Shown here piece after piece: positions 33,533 through 44,990 of a DNA stretch of 64,000 nucleotides. Under the pieces are notes generated by a model that worked only from the letters and a program-made list of their open reading frames with translations, was not told the origin of the DNA and searched no databases. Position 1 is the first letter of the stretch; each line of letters starts with the position of its first letter. The translations under genes were made by a program, and so were the position numbers. Source of the stretch: Dicentrarchus labrax (taxonomy: Eukaryota); the NCBI RefSeq assembly GCF_905237075.1, contig NW_026136706.1:24783935-24847934 (forward strand), in the 5' to 3' direction.

Positions 33533-33716
33533 CTCAAACTCAGAGTGAGCGTTAGGGGTGCGGCGGACCCCGTGCACACTGTGGTGTCCCTCAGGAGCCT
33601 GGGTCAGAGTAGTGTCTCTCTTGCGGAGGTCCCTGCACCGTCCCAACGCCACATCACTCACCAACAGCAACCGAGAGCCGTCCGTCGCACTGGGCCTGGA
33701 GTACTTCAGACTGGTG
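33533..33716 (-). CDS. parp4: PARP4 exon 12 (TSLKYSRPSATDGSRLLLVSDVALGRCRDLRKRDTTLTQAPEGHHSVHGVRRTPNAHSEFE)
   Basis: Codon positions were calibrated against ORF 33503..33751(-). It matches human TSIKYSHPGETDGTRLLLICDVALGKCMDL…APPGYDSVHGV. Confidence 0.8.
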
Positions 33717-33975
33717 CTGTGGATGGAAAACATGAGCAAACAAAGGAACAAAAAGACAGAAACAAAAGATGACTGTGTTTTTGCTATCTGAAACTATCTT
33801 TCTTAAAATGTATTTGACTTTGCTTATTATGTCCTAAGGCAATAAAACATTACATTAATCAAGTTAGGAAGAGTTAACTGATGCTTTATTTTTTTATGGA
33901 AGGTGGTGTTATTTGTCAAACCAAATAGACAACTTGTATGGAACACAACTTGTCAATTTGATATTTTCTACTAAC

Positions 33976-34074
33976 CTAACAGCATCACTGAAGTAGATTC
34001 CACTGCCCAGATTACCAACGTCCGTTCTCTCTATCCCATGATGCTCCACTCCAACACGGGGCAGCAGTAGACCA
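33976..34074 (-). CDS. parp4: PARP4 exon 11 (RGLLLPRVGVEHHGIERTDVGNLGSGIYFSDAVS)
   Basis: Codon positions were calibrated against ORF 33909..34160(-). TDVGNLGSGIYFSD is identical to human. Donor GTTAGT. Confidence 0.75.
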
Positions 34075-34509
34075 CTAAAGACAGTGAGACAATACTGAGT
34101 TACAAAATAAAACTCAGAAAGAGATTTCTGAATTGTATAGTAGAAGATGTAGACCTGCACTGTACTGTTCCTGTCAGGCTATCTGCATTACTATAACATC
34201 ACATCACTATGTAAGGTACTCATACATAGATAGAAGATAGTATGTAAAATAGGGATTGATATTGATGAACTTGTTGAATACATAAAACTGTCACTACCAC
34301 GACTAGTTAAAATGGGAAGCTCTTCTTCAGTGCCATCCCACTGTGTGTTTGAGGCAGAAAAATAGGTCATTTTTTACAATATGAATATTAATTCCGAAAA
34401 TATGTAAACAATTTAAATAGTGTTAGTTGAATGACAATATAGTTATATTTTATACTGTAAATTACTTTTATTATACACAATTCAAGTATATGTGTGCATG
34501 TGATCTCAC

Positions 34510-34641
34510 CGAGACAGGATTCCCACAAAGTTTCTGGGGTAGGAGGAATGGAGGAGGGGCTTAACGTTCCCGAGATCACTCTTAAAGGTCTGAAGCTCCA
34601 CACCTCTGTTGACACGCAGGACCTGTTGGATCTGCACCTTG
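34510..34641 (-). CDS. parp4: PARP4 exon 10 (SKVQIQQVLRVNRGVELQTFKSDLGNVKPLLHSSYPRNFVGILS)
   Basis: Read from the reverse complement. The human equivalent is …VDVLQIFRVGRVNETTEFLSKLGNVRPLLHGSPVQNIVGILC. Donor GTGAGA. Confidence 0.7.
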
Positions 34642-34888
34642 CTGCAAAGCACAGAAATATGGGCACTGACGTTTAAAACGCACAGAAAACATTGTCACTT
34701 TGAGTTAACAGATTCCAAGCTGAACAAGCTTTAATGTAGATTTACTCCTTTCAGTTGTTATATAGTAATCGTCTGTACTTTTGATGATTGTGTGACGATG
34801 ATTGTGCCACAAATAATAAGTGGCGTGCATTCATATCTGCAGCAGGATTTTGTAAACAGACGTGTGTGTTTCGGAGGTGGTAGGCTAC

Positions 34889-35040
34889 CTGTTCTGCAGC
34901 AAAGCATTCACAGCCTGAAACTCGGAGCTGCTGGGGGGAACAGTCTCAATGCTGCACCTCAGAGCGCGGTACTTCCCCACACAAGACGGCGCCGGGCTTC
35001 TCAGGGTCATCTCACTCACGTTTAGAACATCTCTGATTAA
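34889..35040 (-). CDS. parp4: PARP4 exon 9: start of the PARP catalytic region (LIRDVLNVSEMTLRSPAPSCVGKYRALRCSIETVPPSSSEFQAVNALLQN)
   Basis: Read from the reverse complement. The KYRALRC motif is identical to human. Donor GTAGCC. Confidence 0.7.
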
Positions 35041-36036
35041 CTTAGAATAAATCAAAGAGAGAAGTCAGGTCATTTTGCTGAAATGCATTAGATGCAACAT
35101 ACCAGCCATGGAGCTGCCCTCCGCTGGCCACTAGACAGAATGCAGGTTTAAGGCATTTCCATATAAGCTTCACTTCACATACCTGAAAGCTCTGCCCACT
35201 TATATGTACTGTCAATGATTTGAATCTTATCTAAACTGCCAACCCTTAGTGTGTCTTTGAGAGTATTTATCAGTGTTTATCAAACACACCATTCTGAATT
35301 TACAGTGCTGCTTCAAAGTATGTAAACCTCCTGAGCATTTGGGAGTTTTCTTGTTTTTGCTCCAATTATTTCTTTATCTAATAACCTGTATTTCTTTTAT
35401 GAAATAACAGATGCATGTTTATCAGTTCCATATACTTTTTGAAGGAAATCAAGCATGTAGTGAAAAGACTAATATAAAAATAACTGGCAAAAGTTAGTGA
35501 ATACTGACCTGCATTGCACTGGTTTGATCAATTTTAATCAGAGCTGCCCAATCTCTTCCCTAAACATATCTCATTTCATTGGTTCATTCAGCCAACAACT
35601 TTGTGCCACCTGATATTTACATGCTGGTTTCAAGCTATCCAGCCCAGGGTTTACTAACTTTTGCCTCTACAAAAGTTTACAAAAAATATTGTTATATTAG
35701 TCTTTTCACTACACATTTCATTTCCTTACGTTAAAAGTATATGGAATTGATAAACAAACACCAGAAAACAACGAAGCACAGAAAGACTGATTTGGACATT
35801 GGTTACCTTGGTAACAGTCTAAAAGTTTTAAAGCATTCGGTTCAGCCTGAACGGCGGTTTCACTGTCATCCACAGTTTGATTCAATTTTGTCACAGCGTG
35901 AACACACCACAGCCTCAAAACCTGCTTAGATTTTCCACATCTATCATGTATGCACATGGCAGACCTTTCTGTATGTGTGTATCTGTCTTAGTGCGTGCAT
36001 CCATGTGTTTGTGCAGGGGTGTATGTTCTGTGTTAC

Positions 36037-36204
36037 CTGACAGAGGTCCAGTTTCTCAGAGATGAGCTTGGAAGAAGGAGGTAAGTGGGGCTGTGTGAGC
36101 GGCAGCAGGGTGTAAACCTCATCCAGGAGAAGCATCACCTCAGAATGATTTGACTCCCTCAGCTTCCTCTGAGCCTGAAGCAACAAGCCCTCCACCCTGG
36201 TCAC
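36037..36204 (-). CDS. parp4: PARP4 exon 8 (VTRVEGLLLQAQRKLRESNHSEVMLLLDEVYTLLPLTQPHLPPSSKLISEKLDLCQ)
   Basis: Codon positions were calibrated against ORF 35944..36204(-). The exon ends …ADLCQ, as in human. Donor GTAACA. Confidence 0.8.
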
Positions 36205-36343
36205 CTACACACACACACAAAAGGCATGGAGCAAAAGTGTTACTCTAATGAGATTCATGACATTCATTAGACAGACTCTCCCGGAAGGTGAATGTAGTCT
36301 GAGAGGAGACTGAACACAGAACAACGCGCAGAGAAAACCTTAC

Positions 36344-36481
36344 ATCATTTAGGCTGAGCTTGTCGACTGGAACTCTGAGGATGTTGCTGAGGCAACCCAG
36401 GGCCTCAGTCCACAGCATCTCCACAAATACGCCTACTTCCTGTGATAAGCTTCCTGTGTTCAGCTTCTCCTCGAGCAGCAG
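36344..36481 (-). CDS. parp4: PARP4 exon 7 (LLLEEKLNTGSLSQEVGVFVEMLWTEALGCLSNILRVPVDKLSLND; human ALLLEEVMNSSTLSQEVSDLVEMIWAEALGHLEHMLLKPVNRISLND)
   Basis: Codon positions were calibrated against ORF 36245..36496(-). Donor GTAAGG. Confidence 0.8.
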
Positions 36482-37158
36482 CTGCCAGTCAGACAAGGCA
36501 CATGTAAATCAGCTCATTAGATTCAGCTACACACATGAGATTCAGATATCATAATAACACAAAGTCTAGCACATTATCCCGCTAACTGAGATACTTTAAT
36601 GCGTTTTACTGCGAGACATACCACTCTCAGGACCACTGACATTCTGGTATATAATAATGGGTTGCTTTTAAAGATGGTTATCCATTATGTGACGCTTATT
36701 GGCCCACCACAACATACCACAATGTCAATATACTGGAGTTAGTCACAGATATGTAAACCTCTAGATAATGATGTAGTGTATTATAATATTACAATATTAC
36801 AATTTGTATTTATATATTAACACATTATATAATGTATCATTATTAACCTTAAATATATTTTATTAATGCGTCATATTAACAGGACATTTGGTGAATTTTA
36901 TATTGACAAACCATATCACTCTGAAAAGACCCACCACGTGTTTAATGTTGTAACTGTAACTTAAGATGTTATGTATATATCATAGACAAGCCTAGCACAT
37001 AGCATATAAGTACAGGAAAGGAGAAAGTTGACCGAGGTTCCGACTGCACCTGCCTCAACTGTTATCGGAGCCAAAACGGGGCAGGATTTAGGAAGCTTTA
37101 TTTTTCTTGCTTTGGATAAAGACTTTCAGCAAAATATGTGTGTGCAGTTGAGCCAGAC

Positions 37159-37317
37159 CTGCTGGAGGGGGGCAGAGCCCAGGTCCTGGGCCCGTGGAGG
37201 GATGTTGCTCCGCAGCTGCAGACCGGAAGCCTGCAGGGTTTCTCTAAGGGCCTTGTACACCTCCAGAGCTTCCTCTGAGTTGGACGGAAACACCAGCATA
37301 TCCCTCACCGCCGCTGT
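37159..37317 (-). CDS. parp4: PARP4 exon 6 (TAAVRDMLVFPSNSEEALEVYKALRETLQASGLQLRSNIPPRAQDLGSAPLQQ)
   Basis: Codon positions were calibrated against ORF 37126..37308(-). The exon is 159 nt in phase 0. Confidence 0.75.
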
Positions 37318-37756
37318 CTGTTAGCACAAACACAGGTATCTGTTTATGTACAAGTTTTTCTATTGCTTAAGTGTAACCTGAGTCCCACATTTTGATAGCT
37401 GTTATTCAGATGGGGCTAAAAAGTGACAACTCTCACTTGAGAACAACATTTTTAAAATAAAACTGTTCACATTGGTTTAACACTACAAATAACTTCCTAC
37501 TTCTGTTTGATTCTACTGCATACTACAATAGACAGCATGTTTAAACAGGATTATTATACACAGGTCACAGGGCAAGAAGTTCAAACTAACCAATAACAAT
37601 ATGACAGACATTGTATGACACTAACAGTGGTGACTTATTGTTTTATTTTCAATATCAATCTTACAAAAATGATCACATTGCATCACAATCAGTACAGCAT
37701 GTCAGCTCACAGGTGACCCCAATGTGATCAGCAGCAATATACAATAGACTTCATAC

Positions 37757-37861
37757 CTTGGCGAACACATCGTCCTTCCAGTACCGGACCACACGGTACT
37801 GCCATTCTTTGTCCCCTTTGGAACTCTGCAGCTCCAGCACACACCAAGTGTTGCTTTTTAT
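37757..37861 (-). CDS. parp4: PARP4 exon 5 (IKSNTWCVLELQSSKGDKEWQYRVVRYWKDDVFAK)
   Basis: Same ORF frame as exon 4. Acceptor ctcaag and donor GTATGA. Confidence 0.75.
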
Positions 37862-37948
37862 CTTGAGAGAAATGTATATATTATTAAAAATAGTAATTGC
37901 AGTACTTTTGTAATAGCAATAAGCTAAAAAAAAAAAGTGCAGCTTTAC

Positions 37949-38027
37949 CTTTTCAAAGATTGAATACTTGGCCACTTGAAAATGATCCGGATACGTTGGA
38001 AGGTTGGAATCAGTTCCAGTATAAATC
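37949..38027 (-). CDS. parp4: PARP4 exon 4 (IYTGTDSNLPTYPDHFQVAKYSIFEK; human …LPQDFEVAKYNTLEK)
   Basis: Codon positions were calibrated against ORF 37751..38098(-). Donor GTAAAG. Confidence 0.75.
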
Positions 38028-38580
38028 CTGTGAAGTTTAAAAAAAATATCAATTATATTATTTTTGTGTGTGAGGTAGTTTGTGTTTTGAGAATACATTT
38101 TCCTGCAGAAATGTTCATGAAAACAAATGTTGACTCCACTGAACTGTGTCTTTTGAGCTGTAAATTAAACTATATGACTGTACTGTGATGAAACACATCA
38201 ATGCCGGTGTTAAAAGTGACATTCTTAGCAATTTTATAAAACTCGGCATTTTGTGGGTTGATAATTGCTCAACACACCATAGACTGTTTTAAATCACCTT
38301 GTACCCCAATGCTGACATAGAGTTGACCGTAACTTATTTACATCATGACAGAAAAGAGTGTTAACGCCCTCTAATCAGAGCAGGTGCATTTCTGTTGTCA
38401 GTCTGTCAATCACTCCGGTTGGTGTTGAGGCCACGCCCCCTAAAGTCACTGTCCTTTGCAGGCCTCTGCATTATTTCATTATCATATCATATCATTCATC
38501 CCGAATCCACCAGTGTTAATATAACACACTACTGAGTATGTCCAGGCTAACATAAGGATGGTTCTTGTTCACACCTGAAC

Positions 38581-38701
38581 CTTTCCAGGACGTTTCCGCT
38601 CTTCACCGGACTGTGTGCCTCATGAGTCTGCCTGACAGAGTCCACAGGCTTGGCTGGGCCTTTGGACAGCTCAACTGCTTTGCTTTGTGGTACTTTGGAC
38701 A
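38581..38701 (-). CDS. parp4: PARP4 exon 3 ([41 protein letters not shown])
   Basis: Codon positions were calibrated against ORF 38547..38741(-). Phase is 1 at the start and 2 at the end. Confidence 0.7.
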
Positions 38702-39594
38702 CTACAAAAGACAAGACAGAACATTTACACATAATGGACACACCTTATGTCACATGTTCTGCAGTACATGCATTAGGGCAGGTATGTGATTAAACCTGAC
38801 TACACAAAGCAGGCTATGTAAGCAAGGTGATACAATTCACAGAGGGCTCATTACACAACACTGCTGCATGTTAGAATCAGCTCTACACAAAATCTGAATG
38901 TGTATGTGCAAACACACCCTTGACCAGACCTAAGGACTATGCAGTTAAACCTGCTGACTGCGGCTAAATTAATCAGAATGTCCATATGTCAATGCTGAAA
39001 CAGAAGTGGGAGGACAGACTATTGAACCAGAAAAAAAGAAAAATATGACTTGTGTCTGTGTGAAGTGCAAATAAAGGAAATAAGAGGGATCATGAGTCAT
39101 TACGTTGGAACTAGGTGGAGTCCTGGTTCCCATGTTTCTGACCGAGACAGTACTGTACCTACAACGGGAATTTTACACTCCCAAACAGTGCATAAACCTT
39201 CTCTCTGCAATTCAGTTTTAAAGTTAAATACATAAACATAAATGATGTGCATTTACAAATATCAAAGATGAGTGATGCTGTGGCCTTCACCATCATCATC
39301 CTTTAGTTTGCTGCTACATGATCGTCCAACAGGGAATAAACAGGGTTTCTGCAGATTCAAGTTAAAGATCCCCTCCAGTGTTAAGACTGCAAAACAGTAT
39401 CATTTCCACATTAAAATCCTCTCCCCCTTCTCCCTCATTAAACCTTCCACAATCTCTGAATATGTAAGTGTTGATTTCTAAAGTTTTCCTGCTGGACACA
39501 AGATGTCTCCTACTTCACTGTAAAGTCCATTCTCAGTGGATGTGCACTGGTGGCTTCAAGTTTCTACATCACACTGTACAAGTTGCATACTGGA

Positions 39595-39755
39595 CTAGGA
39601 CTGACTTCCTAACTATTTGTGATGGCACAAACCATGCTGGTAGGCCCCACCCCCTTAAAATCATATTGTCAATGAGCACACTTTCAGCAGATGAATGTGA
39701 AAACATCCCTCTAGTGTCAAACTCTGCACAGACATATTTGTTACAGTGTATGATA
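39595..39755. repeat. Dispersed repeat copy in the PARP4 intron between coding exons 2 and 3; an inverted copy lies at 49325-49460
   Basis: The reverse complement of 49325-49460 aligns here (…cactttcagcagatgaatgtgaaaacatccctctagtgtcaaactctgcacag…). Confidence 0.7.
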
Positions 39756-39944
39756 TACATATATGTGTCACTTAAACATGATCAGTTCAAATGTTTCCTA
39801 AAGACAAGTTAAAAAGCTAGATTCAATTTATGAAAGTAACATTGACTTCATAATCCAAACTAGTTTTCCAATGTAAGGCCTAAAATTCAGATTGTTGAAT
39901 TGACAACAGTGTTTTTTCCGAATGACTGCTTATATGGATAATAC

Positions 39945-40164
39945 CTTGCTGTGAGTGTGTACTCAGTGAGGAGGGAGGACGAGGAGGTGAAAAAGCAAAG
40001 GGAGAGGAAGTATCCAGCGTGTACTCATCCACAGGCAGAAGAACTCCTCTTTCCAGACAGCTGTACACATAATCCACTCCGACCACCGGCGTTTGGTATT
40101 TCTGGATGCTACGCAGCCTGTTGCTGCTCAGATTGGACACATCACTGGTCACTATCAGAGAGCA
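39945..40164 (-). CDS. parp4: PARP4 exon 2: BRCT C-terminus (CSLIVTSDVSNLSSNRLRSIQKYQTPVVGVDYVYSCLERGVLLPVDEYTL…)
   Basis: Codon positions were calibrated against ORF 39880..40152(-). The BRCT W/Y-x-x-x-C motif is present. Donor GTATTA. Confidence 0.75.
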
Positions 40165-40373
40165 CTGTGGGAAATGTAGGCAGAAATCAGAGAGAAAGTT
40201 GTGCTTTTTTTTTGTTACTGCATATGAACATATCCAACTGGCTGAAGTGCCCTAGAAGCAGACAACATGCAACCTGCATCTACACTGACCCTATTGGAGA
40301 AAGATATTCAGTTTTTAGTCCTTAACCACCCCGATATCTCCACCTACAGCGCAGAATGATCACATCCTCTTAC

Positions 40374-40499
40374 CTGTTTATTGACCACAAAGCAAATGTT
40401 GCCTCCATTCTCTGTTATTGCTGACTTCAGCTTCTTCTTCTCCTTGAAGAGCAAATTTTTCAGCTCCAAAAGCACAGAGCAGTTCTCAAACACAGCCAT
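40374..40499 (-). CDS. parp4: PARP4 (vault PARP) coding exon 1: MAVFENCSVLLELKNLLFKEKKKLKSAITENGGNICFVVNKQ, the BRCT N-terminus. This matches human MVMGIFANCIFCLKVKYLPQQQKKKLQTDIKENGGKFSFSLNPQ.
   Basis: Codon positions were calibrated against ORF 40344..40634(-). ATG at 40499, acceptor cag at 40502-40504, donor GTAAGA. Confidence 0.8.
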
Positions 40500-41020
40500 G
40501 CCTGCAAGGAGAGGAGGACACACCAAAGTTATTATAAGCTGGGCTGAGTTAGAAAATACAGTAGAGGGAATACAATGATGATAAAGTGACAGCTGTGAGA
40601 TATGAGTTTGTTTTTCTTGTTTGTTTTTTTTCAAAGAAAGTAATGTGTAATTCTATTCTACAGGAACTTCAGGCATAAGTTCACAGCAGGATGCATGAGA
40701 GTTACAGTACAGGGCTTTTACACCACCTTCCCAAGGCCTGCAGATGTGCCCATTATCTCCTAATGCTAGATAATTGGCCTGTCACCAGCCGCCATACACA
40801 AATGTAGTTAAATAAAAAATGCAATAATAAGAGCAGAATATAAGCCATAGAAAATAAAATAAAGAAATGAAATAAAATTGAATTAAAAAGACATCACATA
40901 AAAGCAAGTCTACAACAAAGGCCTTAAAGAAGTGGTTTCATTATACTATGTAATTAAACCAATGAAATGTCATGTTTTTTTTATATCTCGTCAGCTCCAG
41001 AGATCACGGTATGTAGAATG

Positions 41021-41037
41021 ACACACCCACACACCCA

Positions 41038-41090
<53 letters not shown>
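41021..41090. repeat. (CA)n / CACCCA compound microsatellite in the long first intron of PARP4 (between the putative 5' leader and coding exon 1)
   Basis: Direct read. Confidence 0.9.
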
Positions 41091-41092
<2 letters not shown>

Positions 41093-41515
41093 CCGCCCAC
41101 GTAAAAAGCTGATTTCTGGGAAACAAATGCGGAAGCAAATCGCCAAAACTAGGCTGTAAAACTGTGCAATAACAGGCCACACTGAGACTCTACACCGCTA
41201 CTGCATTAACATAAACAGCATTAAGTTACTTTACATGGCTGAGAACCGGCGTTATATTGGGCAAATATCGGCTAGGAGAGAAATAAAGACACAAAACAAT
41301 AAGAATTGATCAATTAACAAAGTAAGCGAAGGGAAGGTGTCCCGTAATGTCCAGTAAAGTGTATGACATGCTTTACGTTAGGTTAGCTCTCTGTGACATT
41401 TCACAAACAAACGTAACGTAACTTATTAAGTTAGAAGAGACATGGCGTCATCTCGCTAACGTTAAATTCGGATTAAATGAATACATAAATAATAAATAAA
41501 TAAACTGAGGTTTAC

Positions 41516-41690
41516 TTTGCTGTAAACATGCAGGTGGTTCTTCTGCGGTTGTTGTCAGAAAGCAGCTGCAGGTTGATGTTAGTTCCTGAAGAAGAGAAGA
41601 ATACAGCCCTGTGTGTCCCTGCTGTGTGTCTGAGGTTAGCACAACGCTAGCAGCTTCATCTTCCGGTGTGTCTGTGTTTTCACAATAAAG
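41516..41690 (-). other. parp4: Putative PARP4 5' leader (non-coding first exon). It holds a 64-codon upstream ORF and a CCGGAAG ETS-type motif, with a caaa|GTAAAC donor near 41515.
   Basis: The first coding exon (40374-40501) begins with a splice acceptor 2 nt before the ATG. The nearest upstream donor-bearing segment is this region. The transcription start site is not determinable from sequence. Confidence 0.3.
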
Positions 41691-42374
41691 GTTGTGGCGT
41701 TAAAGAGAAAATCCTTCTGTTGAGAAGCTGCATCTGTTTGATAAAAGGTAACATGTGTGACAAACAGCATTATAAAGAAGTGTAGTGGACCCCAAAAAAT
41801 GTCAATCATCAGAATTTTCATATTTTTCTTCTGTGAAAATTAAAATCGTGATTGCAAAAAAATATTTCCACTAATAGTGAATCATATTGCAAATGCCAGT
41901 ATCTTTCAAAATAATCGCAATATGCAGTATATATATATATATTTTTACCATATCATACAGCCCTAGAGTCAAATTAAATCCCAATACTGTCTATGGACCC
42001 CAGTATGCAGAAATTCAAATACACTGGGCAAAAAAATACCATTGACAACACAATAACAAATAAAACATTTAAACTGCATGTTTTTTGCCCCAAACTGCAT
42101 GAGATTAGCATAAAGTGGGCATGCCTGTAAAGGGGAGACTTGTGGGTACCATCTACCGTCAATGGTGGGTACCCATAAAACCCACTTTCATTCTTGTCAA
42201 AGGTCCCCAGACCTTTAAAAAAAAGGCCTACAGAGATAAAGAGAGAGAGAGCCTAAAGAGTTCCCATTCCCAATATTGAAACCATGTCATACTAGGCAGG
42301 CAATGACAAAGATAGTGATGTTGCTCAACAAATCAGACTTATTTTTATTTTTTTTTCCCAACTGAGGCCCCTTT

Positions 42375-42690
42375 TCTGTCTGGCTTTTAATTTGAAAGAA
42401 AATCCACAAGACTGGAGTAGTCTCAGTGTAGGTTATTGGAACTTGACAGAGTCTCTCTTCCTGGTTCAAAGCAAACAGAATGTGCAGTTCTCCTCATGGA
42501 CTGCTCTGTTTACAGCACAGCCACAGAGCCATGCTGCCCTCCTCTGGATGAAGAGTTGTACTACAAACAAAAACTGTGTGGGGACCTGAATTATCTGGGC
42601 AAACTTAACTGCATTTGGAACCCAGCCAGTGTCTGAGCTAGAACAAATATCCAAGGGGGGCAGAAGGCTTATAGCGGGGCGGGGGGCAAA
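42375..42690. repeat. Copy 1 of a ~310-bp dispersed repeat. Copy 2 is at 44660-44990 and a partial third copy is at 45343-45380.
   Basis: Near-identical sequence (…ggttattggaacttgacagagtctctcttcctggttcaaagcaaacagaatgtgcag…ccaaggggggcagaaggcttatagcgggg) lies in direct orientation about 2.3 kb apart. Confidence 0.7.
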
Positions 42691-42757
42691 ATATTAGCCG
42701 GATTGGAAAATGACCAAACTACATTTAAATTACAGAATTACACAAATGTAGACTGCA

Positions 42758-42759
<2 letters not shown>

Positions 42760-42839
<80 letters not shown>
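42760..42839. repeat. (TG)~39 microsatellite
   Basis: Direct read. Confidence 0.95.
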
Positions 42840-42841
<2 letters not shown>

Positions 42842-43199
42842 AACGACTTGAGGAACCATCTGTTTAAAAAATCTAGTAGAAGGTGATGTTCAGTTGACTC
42901 TTTAGGAAGGAGAGTTTTGTTCAAGCAAGATTTATAGAAAATGCATGGCAATTAAGACATAGAGCACTGTATCCAACATAATTATTCCATTTAATCAATC
43001 AATTAATCATAGTGTACTCATAGTGTGTAATACATGGAGGGATTAATTAAATGGTTAAATTAGGCTTTCTGCTCAGAATTGTATGTAAATATGACCTATT
43101 TCCACTCAGTATCTTTCACAGATCACTGTTCCTGTAAGGAAAAACAGGGCCAACATCAGTTTTATACTCTGATGTGAAAAAGATGTATTTCTTTGCCCA

Positions 43200-44260
43200 T
43201 TCTGCACAGGCCTTAAACAGAGAGATGTGGAGCCAGATGGAGGCTCGAATGAAAGAAAAAGGAGGACAAGCTGAGGGCCACAGCTAGAACCATGGTCCAG
43301 AACCAGAGAGAGCTCTGGTAAAATGAGAGACAGCAGCTGCTGGAAGAAAAGAAGACCGTGCAGAAGAAGCTGTCAGGAGAGCATGAGAAGGCAGAAGAGG
43401 AGATCAGAAAGAGAGATGAGCAGATTCATCAGAGCCTCCATGCTCTTTAAGAAGAAGCAGCGAGGACGAGAGCCTCTCTCTTGATGAATGAAAAGAATCC
43501 AGCGAGGTCAAAAGCATGGAAGAAAAGCGGCTAGCGAAAGTCAGCCAGCTTAAGGAACTCCTCGTAGAGAAAGATAAAGAGATCAGCAGGGCCAATGAAA
43601 AGAAGAAGAACTCGTACGGACGCCCAGAGAGCAGACATACGAGCTGGCAGACAGAGAGAAGACCCACCAGAAGGAGCTCTCTGACAGAGGTCAGAGCTAC
43701 AGGGAGGAGCTCTCTGACAAAGAAGAGCACTTCCTCTCTTAGAAAGAAACATCCTTCCAGACAGGAGCTCTCAGGAGATCCGAGCCCAGCAGTGGCAGAG
43801 AGAGGAGACAGAGCTGGAAGAGATGCTGCAGGCGCTGGTCCACCAAAAGATCCTGAGGCACAAGGAGGCAGAGAGGAGAGAGGAGCTCCACCACCTCGCA
43901 GACGCAAACATCTGGCTTCACGTATGCTGCCTCAGCTCATCTTTTGGATTCTAACAGCTCATTTCAGAAGAATTCAGAGCTCTGGAAGAGAACTAAAAAC
44001 AGGCTGTCTTTCTCTTTTCAGGAGCAACAGGAGGAGAAGAAGAGCCTCTGGAGCTGGAATCTGCTCTCTTAAAAAGAAACCTCTTCACCCCTCTATCCCT
44101 AACCCTAAACCCTAATTCCCTTCCTGATGGTGGTTGTGTATTTATTTATTATTTTTCTACTCTTACTGTTTTTTATACTGTTTTTTTCTCTATCCACTTT
44201 GCTGCTGCAACATTGGAATTTCCCCGTTGTCGGACAAATAAAGGAATATCTTATCTTATC
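43200..44260 (+). pseudogene. Frameshifted coiled-coil gene fragment (K/E/R-rich, ELSDKEEH… repeats) ending in CCCTAA x3 and AATAAA; probably a processed pseudogene or repeat-borne fragment
   Basis: Charged heptad-like ORFs run in all three plus-strand frames with stops and shifts. The longest is ORF 43516..44115. The segment is flanked by 310-bp direct repeats. Confidence 0.35.
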
Positions 44261-44659
44261 TTATCCGTCAGCTTAGCAGAGTTAGTTTTTTATTTTATAT
44301 AATGTTTACATGGAAAACAGCTTTAAAACTAATTGGGTAAAATTCCTTAAAGTATTTTTACTGATCTAACAGCAGAGTCACAGCGTTATATTGTAAACAT
44401 GAATGTAGTCAGTAAACCTGAAATTTCCTTGACAAGAGTTCAGAGTGAACAATGAGTAACTGCCCTTTTGTTCTTTTGAGATTAAAGTTCCTTATAATGA
44501 CAAAGAAGGAATTCCGGTCAGATAATTAATTCAACTATAGATAGTGATGATACTGATTCTCACATTCTTTCTGTCTGGATTTTAAATTGAAGGAAAATCC
44601 ACAAGACTGGAGCAGTCAACAAATCAGACTTATTTTGAAATTTGTTCCAACTGAGGACC

Positions 44660-44990
44660 CTTTCTTTCTGTCTGGCTTTTAATTTGAAAGAACATTCTGA
44701 AGACTGCAAGTAGTCTCAGTGTCGGTTATTGGAATTTGACAGAGTCTCTCTTCCTGGTTCAAAGCAAACAGAATGTGCAGTTCTCCTCATGGACTGCTCT
44801 GTTTATGTTTACAGCACAGCCACAGAGCCATGCTGCCCTCCTCTGGATGAAGAGTTGTACTACAAATAAAAACTGTGTGGGAACCTGAATTATCTGGGCA
44901 AACTTAACTGCATTTGGAACCCAGCCAGTGTCTGAGCTAGAACAAATATCCAAGGGGGGCAGAAGGCTTATAGCGGGGGACCAAATTACT
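44660..44990. repeat. Copy 2 of the ~310-bp dispersed repeat
   Basis: Aligns to 42375-42690. Confidence 0.7.

Noticed and set aside
43516-44115. 199-aa basic S/R/K-rich ORF as a possible real gene
   Set aside because: Adjacent frames carry equally plausible coiled-coil peptides with frameshifts, and no start or splice context is convincing. I treat it as a pseudogene or repeat-borne fragment.
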